This document shows positions 26,920 through 39,800 of a stretch of DNA of 64,000 nt, piece by piece. Position numbers and translations under genes: made by a program. Below the pieces are notes generated by a model. It was not told where the DNA came from, searched no databases, and was given only the letters and a program-made list of their open reading frames with translations. Source of the DNA: Geosiphon pyriformis uo1 (lineage: Eukaryota > Fungi > Glomeromycota); assembly GCA_016748015.1 (NCBI GenBank), contig JAAOMT010000071.1, forward strand, positions 62,001 to 126,000. The letters are read 5' to 3'. The stretch's first letter is position 1. Each line of letters begins with the position of its first letter.

Positions 26920-27254
26920 TTCTTCTTCTTCTTATTATTATTATTCTTCTTCTTCTTTTTCTTCTTCTTCTTCTTCTTCTTCTTCTTCTTCTTCTTCTTC
27001 TTCTTCTTCTTCTTCTTCTTCTTCTTCTTCTTCTTCTTCTTCTTCTTCTTCTTCTTTTCTTCTTCTTCTTCTTCTTCTTCTTCTTCTTCTTCTTCTTCTT
27101 CTTCTTCTTCTTCTTCTTCTTCTTCTTCTTCTTCTTCTTCTTCTTCTTCTTCTTCTTCTTCTTCTTCTTCTTCTTCTTCTTCTTCTTCTTCTTCTTCTTC
27201 TTCTTCTTCTTCTTCTTCTTCTTCTTCTTCTTCTTCTTCTTCTTCTTCTTCTTC
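26920..27254. repeat. (TTC/GAA)n trinucleotide tract, ~110 units
   Basis: Nearly pure TTC run with a short (TTA)n and two small interruptions. Confidence 0.98.
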
Positions 27255-30221
27255 AAAAGAAAAAATATGTTGAAAATAAGTCAATTGTGTTAAAATAATT
27301 AAAAAAAAATTCTTCATTTTGAAAGACAAAAAGTTACTTTTTTTTACAACTCATGCAAACTTTTAAATTCCTATGCGAAAAAATGAAATAATGGTTTTTT
27401 ATAAAAGTCTGCTACGGTTTACCAAGTTCAGAAATAAATGTGTATTATCCCCAAAAGCATTGGATATGTCATTTTTTGCTGTAATGCTCTACGATCAACC
27501 TGACGCTTCATCGATTTGTGATATTTCATCAATATCAGTTAGATGAAAACTCTGGTATTAAATCTAGTGAATATTTCTTGCATTATAAAAAATTTCTCGC
27601 AACAATTTATCCGAGTCTTTGTAAAGATATTTTAGTGATTTATATTTGCTTCTTGAAAGTTTGAGATCATGAATTCTTTTTCTTTAGAAAATCAGAAAAT
27701 AAATGGCAAAATTATTTGACAAAGTAATTTATTCAAGATATTTACCCTTTTTCAGAGTAAAAAACCCATATTTTTCATAGTTTTGGTAATAATTAATTTT
27801 ATACTTTGGTAAACTTTTGGCATATTAAAATTTTTTAAAAATTTCTTTTGACCAGAAAAACCTATTTAAATTCTGAGGATCAATAATTAAGAAATAAAAC
27901 AATATTTCAAGGTATTAAACTAACTAATTTGAAAGAAAAATATGGCAAAGCAACAAAAACCCAAAGATAGAGAAACAATAATTTCTTCCTCTCTCCCTTC
28001 TTTTTTCTCTTCTAGAAAGGAAAAATTCATAAGGAATAATTTTATGAAGTTTTGTGACACTATTATCTATTACATTTTGTTGAATAATAAAAATTAATAT
28101 TTAAAGCAAAAAAGTCTCATGCAAAAAAATATTCTTACAAGAGTTAAAAACTACTTTGTATTTTTTATATTAAAAATTTTTATATTAGAAATATATTTTT
28201 TTATAAAATATAAATTTAATAATTATCTAAATTTGAATTTTTTTAGCTTATTTTTTTATTTCGTAATGTTTTATTGTACATTGTTAACTTTTATTTAGTG
28301 TTACTTCAAAATTTCAAAATTTTAATTTTAAAATTACTTTTTAGACTTTAAAGTAACAAGAATCACTTCATATATACCTTTCAAAGTGCAGGAAATAGCC
28401 ATGAACAAAATTTTAGACGATTATTTTTTTATTATAGATGCTTTTTTAATTTTAAAAAAATACTCTACGTTTCGCTTGAGTTGGTATTGCATAATTCAAG
28501 TAAATTTACCAAATTTACCAAATTGTCCTTTTATTTTTTTTTTGGTAGTCGGCTATATTTTATTTCGCCACAAATTTTTATTAAATAAATAAAACATGAA
28601 AACGATGTTAATATATTTTAAACTTTCTCTTATATAGCTCCTACTAATATCTGTATGCGCAACGAACGATTCTAGCTCAGAAATAAATAACAAACGAGAC
28701 AGGGAATTTTATATGATTCATGTGACTGCTGCTAATTCTATGAGCTTGAATTTTCTGGAATCTTTTTGATCACGTTTCTCAAATGGGATGCGAATGGTAT
28801 GAGGGGTCTTACTTTGTCGTATAGACTCCCATTTTTATATTACTTTTGTTCTTATCTCGATACATGCCTTTTTAACTTTGTAAGAAGGTTTTGAATTTTT
28901 TTAGTTGAAAATCTTTTTTTTAATATTTCACCAAGGTCTTGAGTTTATTATAGGGGGGTACTTGGTAAGGTATAACAAGACATGGCTTAATCTAGCATAT
29001 AAAATCATTAGTATTGCGCAAGGAGTTGCCAGTAACTTTAATAATTTTCTCTATGGTATAATTGTTATTTCCACATATTTAAACTGTAGCATAATTAGGA
29101 CATCAAGTTCTGAAGTTTTGACTAGAGATTGAATCGTCATTAGTTGGCGTTTCAGATAATGAAAAAATTAATAGGCGAAGTTTTAAAATTGGTTGAATTG
29201 TGAAAAAGATTTTTAATCTTTTGCTTCGAATTTTTATAAAAAGTGTAAAAAGATATGCCAACCTCAAAAAAACTGACCAAAGGAAGAAATAACCTGATTT
29301 TGATAACTTTGAATATTGTAGAATCTAAGCTAATTTTAATAAAATGAAAGGATTCAATATTAATAGATTTTTCAGTTTTCAAGGTTTTTTTATTAAAGAA
29401 CTTTAACCACAAAATTGGCAATTTTTTAGACCAATAACTACGATTAATAAATTAAAATGATTTTCTTCCCATTCTCAGAAAGAAAAATATCTTTTTTCAT
29501 TTTGAAACACCATAATTAAAACTTTTTCATAGAATTTTTCAAAATTCTTTATATTGAAGACTAAGTGGTTTATAAAAAACAATATATATACATAATGAAC
29601 TTGAAAGCTATAAGGATAATTTTTGACAGTTTGGTATAAAAAATTGTAAGAGAAACACTAATATTTTCAAACATTAGATCAGAGCCTGTAATCAAAGAAA
29701 GATATTTATTATTAGACTTGAGTAATATAGATTAGATATCATGATAATAAACAATAAAGTTGTTTTTTTGAAATCCTTTTTTAATGTTTCCCTATTGTAT
29801 AAAATATGAAAACCATTTTCTTTATGATTAATCTTTAATTTTTTATTTTTTTCGGCTACGAGATATGGACGCGATATTCTTAATGACTGATCCTGCTGCG
29901 ATCATTTACATTACTAACTTAAACGTTATAATGGGTCCCACGGTATAAGGGATATGTGAATTTGATTTCCCATACTGATAATATTTTCTTTAGCCATTTT
30001 AGGATAAAAGAGTTGAAAAAAAATGAGTCGTGAGGATCTGCCTAATATTACATTAGCCATTTCAGAGTCAGCCGATATCAAAGGGGTTTCGAAAGGTGAC
30101 GATTTGTTTAAACCTAGATATATCTTCGAATCAATTATACTAAGAAAGTTTAGTTACTCTACCCTTGTATTCTTTTATTCGCGTGAAATACACACTCGTA
30201 ATTTTTTGATAAACACCTGAG

Positions 30222-31005
30222 TGTCAAAATCAAACAATTTATAGACAGTTCAATATATAAAGAGGTTTTTCTCAGCCCTTCAAGCAAATTTTATCCTATA
30301 TAGGACTAATTATTAAAATAAGAAGGTGATATTTTCATGTTTAATATAATTTACTCTTACCTTTAGCTTATTTAGTAAGAAACTCGCTATCGGCTACGAA
30401 CGACGAAGAATTATCGGCGTCTACCACAACCACCTATAAACAGTACGAAAATTATCGGTGTTCACCAGCTCATGAAGTAAACACCTGTAACCAGTACGAA
30501 ATTGCTTGCGTTCACCAACTCATGAAATAAACCAAAACCTGAATTACCAGTGTCGTTAAAAAGTCAAAAATAACGAATAAACGAAAAACGTATAATCAAT
30601 AATTGATGAATAAACGAATAATGTATAATCAAAAATTTATGAATATACGAATAACTTATAACCAATAAATGACGAATAAACAATGAATTACTACCTCTAC
30701 CAATAATTCTCAATTCAAAATTCGAATAACCAAGGAATAACTACTGCCTACCAATAATTCGGGGAACCCAACAACCAACAAATAGGAAATAGAAAATCGT
30801 GAAAATTAAATTTCAGGGTTAGGTGATGAGGAATTGATAATTGTTAGTCTGTTATCCATGCCTTGCAAGAGTGAAGAGTGGTTGGAGGGGGGAGGGGATA
30901 GTTTAGTTGTAGTTTAGTGGATGTAGAGGTGAGAGGTGAGAGGTGAGAGGATATAACCCAGTGTGGTTAACGAAGGCATTTGTGATAATTGACTAGCGAG
31001 TGACA
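30222..31005. repeat. LTR-like segment with nested internal tandem repeats
   Basis: Begins TGTCA and ends TGACA, with TATATAAA at ~30254. It holds three 40-52-bp units (~30403-30550), about 3.5 units of period 33 (~30572-30680), two ~25-bp units and (GAGGTGA)n. No target-site duplication found. Confidence 0.45.
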
Positions 31006-32039
31006 GTTATTACTTTTGTAATATTAAGGGAGTTATTAGAATCTTTCATCGCTAAGATTCCTAATACCCTTGTATGTTGAAGCTCGCCATATTTGTCAAT
31101 TATCTTTTCTATATCCACTTAATCTATATAGGAATAAAACTTTATAAGTATATAAAAAAGTTATCAGGGAAGGGTTTTTAAAATGCCAAAATGGTTCACC
31201 CGTTGCCAATTTTGATAAATTCTTGTTATTTACTGTTGTTTATTGTTTAAAGCCTATTGAATTTTAATTAAGAAATTTGAAATAATTAATATAGAATGTT
31301 TAAATAACTTTATGTATAATAAAATATTGTAATTAATTCAAGTATTTTTTAAATAACAATAATTCGTTAATAATAAAATTAATATTAGCTAAAGTCTAAG
31401 CAATAAAAACTTTAATTTTTTAAAAAAAAATAATTAAATATCCTTCTTGAGACCTTTTTATACGCAAGTTCCGTTTATTTAAAGATTTTATATTGGGTTT
31501 AAATATTATAAAATTTTAGACAATTTTTGAGCATGTTTAGTATGCTTTTTCACGAAAACCTTCTGCCCTTGCTATCGAAATATATTAATTTTATCAACTA
31601 CGAGTGAAAAATTTAAAATTTTCGAAAAAAAAATGACGGGTAAATGTACTTGCTTAAAATAATGTTTAGTCTAGTTATTCAATACATCCTTATCGTAAAT
31701 ATATAAAAATCCTTGTTTGGTACTTTGGGAGTCATCAAAAGTTTTTAGACGCTCAAATGAAGACTTTGATATATACTAAGATATCATTGTCAAAAACCCA
31801 TGATATTATAAACACCCCATTAGAACTAAATTTTATCTTTAAAATTAAGTTTTTGCTTCAATAAATTAAAATTCCACATTATTTTCTTTTTATTTATGGA
31901 AAAAATGATCTTTTTTCTCTTAAATTCGATGAAAGAAATATGGTCAAGATTTCGGGAAAAAAAATTTCCTTCTTGAGGTGTAATAATCCAATTATTAATA
32001 TTTTTATTTTTCAGACAAGGTATTTTTACAGATTAAAAT

Positions 32040-32900
32040 ACGTATTTACAAATGACCCCAAACTTTTTATATTGCAAACAGTCATTAATATACATTTGGT
32101 TGTGGCTCACTTCGACGATCCTTGACAATCACATGATGTTCGATCGCTCGGGCATGATGTACCGTAATTTTTCATGCGAAATATTTTTCCTGGGAGTTTT
32201 GTGTTGAGATAGTGAGAAAACATCAAATCTCCATTGTTTGACCCATCTAAATCGAGCTTGAAAATATAATCCAACAAAAACTGAAACGTTCCATCATGCA
32301 AAATATTAATTTCATTTCACTCCCCATCAACTTTATCCCCAGTAAATACAAAGCCCATTATATTTTGAATTTTTGAGAACCTCATCAACCCTTTTTCACA
32401 ATTCCGAATGCCCAGCAGAGAACTCTCGGTAAAATTCTTCATCAACCATTAAATCTTTAATATTTTCATCGTATGGAATTTGTGATCTCTCATTTCGAGT
32501 AAACTCAATTGTTAAAAAATTTTTTTTTTTTAGAGGAAACTTGAAATTCTCTGTCTAGTATAACTTTTTCGATTTTCACTGATATTCAAAAATTGTTTCA
32601 GTTTAAAGCAGATTTTGCTTAAGTTTACAATATATGTTTGTAATTTTCGTCCAAATATATAATTCAAATTTTGTATTACGAGGATCATAGAGATCCTGAA
32701 TGACGTTGCTTTTCAACTCCATCTCTCTAATCTATGCTTTAGCTCCTCTTGTTCGAAAAATTTCCAATTTGTATCTTTGGAAAATTTTTACTTTGAGAAA
32801 AAAATGTTCATTTATTTAGTATTATTAAGAGTTTTCATGTTGCTATCGTTTGTTAAACTTGGGCTTTGAAACCATTCCCAAAATATATCTGTAGACATTC
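32040..32900 (-). pseudogene. Degenerate class-3 lipase-like paralog of 11595-13005
   Basis: Collinear decayed motifs: MVDEEFYREFSA, FVFTGDKVDG at the elbow (~32322-32352), SVFVGLYFQ, GDLMFSHYLN..KIFRMKNYG, SCDCQ, FGVIC. Multiple stops, frameshifts and deletions. Confidence 0.6.
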
Positions 32901-33591
32901 CCTCCTAAAAAATTCTCTGCTTTTTATTACAAGCGATCTTACATAATTTTGCGTTTTTATTTTCAACAAAATTAAAAGAACCACGTTTATAAATGCAAGG
33001 AATACAATTGATGCCTCAAATTTCGTTTAAAACAATTTTCTTGATAAATTAATTGAAATTTAATTTTTTATTTTTTCATCTTATTAAAAAGTTCCTCGCT
33101 TGAGACTTGCTACTCTATTAATTTTTCTAATTAATCTTTCTCAGAAGTCATAAAACGATGTAAAAAATATGGTATCAAAATTTATTTAGAAAACCGTCTC
33201 TATCAAAAATTTTTTGGTTAATGCTGACAATTACAAAAATATTTTACCAAAAGTATGTTGTATCCTTTTGTTTGTGTCACAAAAATCTCGTAAAATTGAT
33301 TTAATGGTCAGAAAAATGATGCAAAAAGGAGTTACAGTTTTTCCATTCAGAATTTCCTAAAGTAATAACTTTGACAGAAAAATATTTCCCTAACAGTCAA
33401 AATATGATGAAAATACAAATATTTACCAATGACTTATGAAGATTCAATATGGATTAAATATAAATTATTAATAGCATTACCAATTTATTTCTGAACAAAA
33501 TTTCGATGATTTAACATATTGCAATTCAAAAAAACTATCACACACAAACAAGCAGGAGATCATTCCAAATACATGACCTGAATTTTTTTTA

Positions 33592-33624
<33 letters not shown>

Positions 33625-34559
33625 GTTTCATTTAGATATTCGATTGTATCCTAATTCTTGGACAAAAAAAAGGTTGGTATTAGAACACCTATTTTTATTA
33701 GAATTTTTATACAAATAAATAATAAGTAAAATATTTTTGGGTTTATAATGACAAATAAATTATAGAAAAAACCTTATTAAGTTAATTGAAAAATCTGTTT
33801 GGTTAAAATTTTTGGTCAAAATTTAATTATTGAATTAATTGTTTCAGTTGTTTGCTTAATTATTAACTTAATTGCTCACTTTTTTTAGCAATGATATAGT
33901 AATATATATATATCAAAATTTTTTAAAATTTTAAAAATATTTATTAATAACAAAATTAGTTAAAATTAATTAAAAAAACAATAAAGATATTAAAATAAAT
34001 ATAAATTTATTAAAATAATAAAGTTTAAAATTTCTAAAATGGAAATATGTATTAATAATTAATTTACTTATAAAAACATATTTATGTAAATTTTAATATC
34101 TTAACAATTTAATATTTAATATGTAATTATTTTATTTCAATATAATAAGTTTCATTTAAGAATTAAGAATAATAAAAATTATATATTTTAATAACAATTT
34201 TTTAAAACTGGTGAAATTTCAAACTTAAATATTTTTTATTAGATAACTATAAAGCTTTCTACAATAATACAATAAGTAAAGACTATTTATAAAGTAAATA
34301 CTTGAAAATCTTTTCAAATTACCAAATAAATAGGAAATAATTCATTTTTAATTTGAATCTGGGAATTTAATGCTTTAACTTTTAGTTTTGAGGGTAAAAA
34401 ATTGAGTCTCACAGCAAGTATTAAAAAGCCAAAATTTAATCTATTAGAATCTGATATCAGTAAATGAGACGTGAAACGTATATCATTAATTTAAAAAATC
34501 ACACATATACGCCCATAAATTTTATTTACCTATTTATAAATTAAACGATGGGGAAAACT

Positions 34560-35010
34560 CTAATTGAAAATATATAATAATTCTATGCATTATGCAAAGA
34601 ATCACTGGTACAATCAATGTTAAAAAGTTGTAAAAATGGAAAATTTTGTGCACAAAAGGTAAAGGTCGTCGTAAAAAATCAAGAAAAGTCGATCAATATG
34701 TTTATAAGAATTCTTTGTTTTGGCAAAAATTGTTACTAAACTAGATATAAAAGAGTAAACAATTTATATTGCACAATTGGCAGACATTTAAAATCACTTG
34801 GATATATGAGGAATTTACCAATTACTAAGCTAACACTTACGCAAGTTCAAAACAAGATATATGTCGAATAGTCCAAATTTCATTTTGATTATAACTGGAA
34901 AAATAAAATTAAAAGTTGGTACAAGGGAAAACTGCCCATTGTTCAAAACCAAATGATCATGAAAAGATTCTGCGTTGGGCCGTTTTTGTATGAAGGAAAA
35001 ATGTTATTCC
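34560..35010 (+). mobile_element. Degenerate Tc1/mariner transposase relic, same family as 9750-10600
   Basis: TIGRHLKSLGYMRNLPITKLTLTQVQ..YVE*..HFDYNWK..WYKGK. Shares DNA blocks such as TACTAAACTAGATA and TGGATATATGA...CCAATTACTA with the 10.4-kb relic. Confidence 0.7.
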
Positions 35011-37907
35011 AAATATTGTATATTATTATAAACTAAATTATAAGAATAAAAATGCATTTTTAAAAAATTTGATATAGAATATAATTCAAAAATGTATTCT
35101 TGTCAATTTAAAATTCATAAATATTTATTTTTCAGGTATTAAATCCAATTCAAATTGATTTATCTTTGGAATTTTTTAAAATGAATCAATTTTTAGTTCA
35201 AGTCAAACATAAATTTTATGTTTTATTTTTTGGGTTATTTTTAACAATGATTGTTGAGTTTGATCAATAACTTGATAATTGATTATAGATAAATAATATT
35301 TTTCAAAATTCAAATTAAATATTGCTTAAATCTTTAAATTTCTATTTTTTTAAATTTTTTCTTTAACATTTTTTAGTTTAAAGAATTAAAAAATTGCTCT
35401 TGTAATTTGTATTTGAAAAAAATATTGAATAAAAAATTAATAATAAAGCACAAAAATGTATAATTTGTATAATTTACATGAAATTTACAACCAATTTTTA
35501 GATTTTTACATCAGATTAAAATTGACAATTTTAATTTATTTTTAATTGAATAAATTATAATGCTTATTAATATTCTTTTCTTTTCTTTGTCTTTGTCTTT
35601 GTCTTTGTCTTTTATCTGATTTTACACATTGGTTTTTTATTACTCGTTATATGTTAGGTTATTACTATAATTTATACCACCGGTTATATTTATAATGCAA
35701 AATGTTTATTTGAATTAAAATTATAGATTACTAAGACTTACATAAAAAACAACACAAAACTGCGGGAAAATTTTAATAATTATTAGAATTTCAGTTTATT
35801 AATTAAACACATTGAAGCTTTCATTTGAAATAACAACTATTAATAATAAAAAAATAAAACATATATTATTTTTTTAATAAGAGTTTTCATTAAATTTTAC
35901 TTTACGTCTTTAAAATATTTTTGAGAAATCTATTTCATGTATTTTTTAAAATAGTAATAATCGAATTTCTTTAGATTAGAAAGCAAAGATGTGGGCAAAG
36001 CGTAAAATCTAATATTCATAGATGGAAAACAAGAAAAAAAACTGCAACCCCTTTTTTTATAATTTTTATATTCCCCATTGTTAATGTAACTTTATTTTCT
36101 TTTTCAGTTATAATGGTTTAAAAGCTTTTTATTATTTTTCAGCCTCAAAACTTTTTAATTTAACCTTTTTTTTTAGATTTAAATCTTTATTATTCAGAGG
36201 AGATGGTTACAACACAGTAAGACTTATTATAATTCAATTTATATTATCCAAGGTAAATCCAACAAAACTTATCATAACACAATTGCAATCAAAACTCCTC
36301 TGCGATCAGTATCACTTGTAATTTATGTATCACTCAGATTTCGAATAGTACTAAAGTGGTCCAAGTTGAAGCCAGAGATACGGTTTAATGGAATTCTGAT
36401 GCTCGGATTAGCGTTATAGATGCAGGGGCTTTAGAAATTGCATATGTCCATCACGTTGATTCAATTTTTAACACATGTTTGGTATTTAGAAAGAATTTTG
36501 GCGGGAAACTGACAGCATCGTACAAATTTTTTTGTAAATAAATATTTCATTGAAAATTTCATTGGTTTGTAAACCTGGATTAAAAGTATCACAAATAGAG
36601 TTTCAATAGGTGCCAAGAAAATGGTCAGAACATTTTCGTAAGATCAGGTTAAAAGACGGACCAGCCGAGAACTTGCAATTTTTGATCAGATTTAAAAGTC
36701 TTTCTTATTAAGGATTGATTAATTGGAATGAAGAATATTCTATAGAAATTTCTACATGCACTATATTTTTTTCAACAGTAAAAAAAAAGCTTGAGATTCA
36801 ATTGCTGAGTAAAAAAGACATTTATCAAGAATAATTTTTTTGGATATATTTTCTGTCTTTTATCACGAGACTCCTAGGTATGAGAGGTTTTTTGATTGCA
36901 TTCATCTAAAATAAAGACTTCTGAGGCGAATATTGCTTTAATAATTACGAGATTTCGCCTTTGAATGAAAAATACAAAATTAATGATTTTGAATATAATT
37001 TAGCTTCAAATTGGATAAGCCAAGTTCAATTAAAATCTTATTATAAATAATGAAATTATATATGCCGAGATTTCTTCTTTTATATATATATAAAAGGCAT
37101 TATTTAATAAACAAGTTTTAAAATGAGTTTAATTTACAATGTTAATTAAAAAGATAAAAGGGATATTGTGTATACCAGAAAAAAGGGGAGCCCTGCTCAA
37201 TTCAATAGTCCCGAGGAATATACATGTAAGTAGGGATACCTCGCTTAAATTAACAATGCATCTTCCTTTGTTCTAACTATGATTATTAATGACCTCAATC
37301 ATTTTCCACGTAAGAGTGAAATGAAATAATTTTCTATCCTACTTTTCACTTCTTCTTTTTTTAAATAAGTCTTAAAAAAGAATTTCTTGTTTTAAATTTG
37401 ACCTTTGATAAATGCCATTTTAATATAAAAGCTATTTAACTTACATTGTTTCCTTTTGGAGATTCTTTATAATTGAGGGCTAACCTCATAGCTGGTGGTG
37501 TAGATCATGTTGAGCGACCAAATCATGGGTTTAGTCGTGCTACAAATTGACCCTGCATCCAGGTTTACCGACAGATACTGGATTATTTTGTGCCAAATTA
37601 ATTTTTATCATTTTTCTTTTAGATTGTTGTTTAGAACTATTTAGCATTTTAAGGTTCGACTTCCATGTCATAATAATGTATGTGCAGAGATTTGTAATGC
37701 GAATTTTTCATTACAATAAGTAAATTTTGATTCTAGAAGCTCGAATGTTTTATGATCAACTTTATAAAGTAACAAGACCCATGTCTACTAAAAAAAAATT
37801 CGCTCTCTCGAAACATTTGAAAACTATTTTCAATTTATTGTTTACTTTTTGAAAAGAAAAGATATCAAACTTTTTACGTTCTTTTTTTTAATATCATCTT
37901 CCTAAAA

Positions 37908-39056
37908 ATGCTTAATATAATTCCATTTAATTTTCGTCGTAACTTTTTGGAAATTTTTAAAGAAAAAAATTTGAATTTAGATTCTTTAACTTTAAATAAG
38001 ATACGCCAGGAACTTGGAAATCAATTCAAATTTGACAAAACTTCACATTTAATATTATTTTTGATACAAATGGGATTTGTCACAATTGAGCAAGAATTGT
38101 TTAATTTTGATTTAGAATATCACGTTCAACATAGTGAAAGAATCAATTTTAAAGACTCGACTATTTTGTCAACTTTTTTTCACAATTCTTGTAAATCAAA
38201 GGCTTATTACAATTGGTATTTTGTCTAATATATTTAAATTTTGCTAACTTTTAGCTGAAAAATAATTTCGGATTTTATTTTCTTAAAATTTGTCTAAAAA
38301 ATTTAGGCCAGCAAAATCCCTTTTTACCAACTCAATTAATGAGAAATTTCTCGATGAGTTATATTGGTCCCAAATAGTTAGGAAGCCAGTCCTTTTAACA
38401 TCAATTTTTAAATTTGAATACATTTTGCAAAAAACTCAGTGGATAAAAATTTTGGTAAGCATGATTCAATTATTTACTAGAATAATACAAGGCAAATTTA
38501 AAAATTTTTACAATTTCATTCTAAAAGGAACCGGCTTTAACTTTTGGCAAACAAGGACCAATATTTAGGCTCTTACTTAAAAGTGGTAAGAAAAATATTT
38601 TATATTTTATACTCATAATAATTTATAAAAATGTTGAGAATTATTTCTTTCAAATTTTAATAGTAAAACCGTTTTTATCATCGATTGGCATCTCTCTCTC
38701 GGAAAGAACAACCATCTACAATATTTTGGAAACCTCTCGTCAGCCTAATTTATTTCTTATGTTTGCAAAAAAGAGATCGACCATTCTCGGCGTTTTAGGT
38801 GGTCCTAGAGGTGAAGAGGTGAGAATTTTTTTAATTTATTAAAAATTAATGGTGAATGCAGATTTTAATACAAAATTTTCTTTAGCTGCTAAAGAAGATT
38901 ATGCGATCCATTAATATTCTCAAACCAATAATAAAATGTTCCTGCCAACTTGACGAAAATCAATTCTCACAACTTTTACAAGAATTCTTAACTGAAATTC
39001 AACAATATAGAACATTTGGATCAACATATCACGTTTACGTTCGACAATACAATTGA
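37908..39056 (+). pseudogene. Degenerate class I SAM-dependent methyltransferase-like gene
   Basis: C-terminal part ILGVLGGPRGEE | intron | ...ILKPIIKCSCQLDENQFSQLLQEFLTEIQQYRTFGSTYHVYVRQYN* and EPALTFGKQGP resemble the C-termini of fungal LaeA/TAM-like methyltransferases. No intact SAM motif I was found. Confidence 0.4.
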
Positions 39057-39552
39057 AGCGATACCACATCCAAATCTTGATATAATAGAAACCCCCAAAA
39101 AAATTTAATAATTATAAACCGGAGATAAAAAGAAAATCTCTTATTTTTCAAATTTAAACTCATTATAGTTTAAAAATTAATTAGTCTAAACCATTTATTC
39201 CCATTTCTATGGGGATCATATTCAAACGTAAGATGCCTCTCTTTAAGAAGGTAAAAAAAAAAATTCATGGTGATCATCAACTTTTTAGATTTGGGTCCAA
39301 TGGATGCTCATCTAAATTTATGATAATCTTCAACAATTTTGGCCAAACTAAAATTATCAATATAACATTAAGAATAGTCACCAAGCAATATTAATTTTTT
39401 TAAGTAACTTGAAAATTTAAAAAATTCAATAATTTTAAGTTTTTTTTTCACATTACTTGAAATGTTTTAAATTCAATTTTGCTGTGTTAATAATGTTGCT
39501 GGCTTGAATTTCTTTTAATGTAAAAAAAAAAAAAACTTTTTTTTCTGTTTTC

Positions 39553-39800
39553 AATTTTTTTTTACGAGTGCGGGCCAACTACTGCCTATTACAATACAGC
39601 AAAGAAAATACTCTAAAATAGGTGTAGCTCACGCCTTGTCTACATGTGACCAGCCACTCGGACCAATCAAGGCTACACTACACAACAATTAAAACGCGAT
39701 AAATCACCTGTCCTTAAAGCAATACAAAATTCATCTGAAACAAACTGCGAACCTAACGCCCGACCAAAACATACCGACAAACCACGGACAAAACTGTTTT
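39553..39800 (-). mobile_element. 5'-truncated LINE 3' end with oligo(A) tail, related to the 57.9-kb LINE 3'UTR
   Basis: TAGGTGTAGCTCACGCCTTGTCTACATGTGACCAGCCACTCGG...ACACTA aligns with TAGGTGTGAATCATGCATTTTCCATATATGACCAATCACTCAGG...ACACTA at ~57987-58048. T-run on the + strand just left of it. Confidence 0.7.

Noticed and set aside
26000-27329. ORFs encoding poly-K/R/E/F/S and TKQNK or FCFVL repeats
   Set aside because: Translations of microsatellites with no gene structure.
28600-29150. Coding-like minus-strand patch
   Set aside because: Multiple stops and no motif identified.
30403-30680. CRISPR-like appearance of ~33-52-bp repeats
   Set aside because: Units are contiguous and degenerate with no unique spacers, in a eukaryotic context with no cas genes.
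36190-37680. Coding-like, CpG-containing patches with possible splice sites
   Set aside because: Stops in all frames and no recognisable family.
39290-39395. Minus-strand ILLGDYS*CYIDNFSLAKIVE, resembling a kinase DFG region
   Set aside because: One short degenerate motif with no other kinase subdomains.
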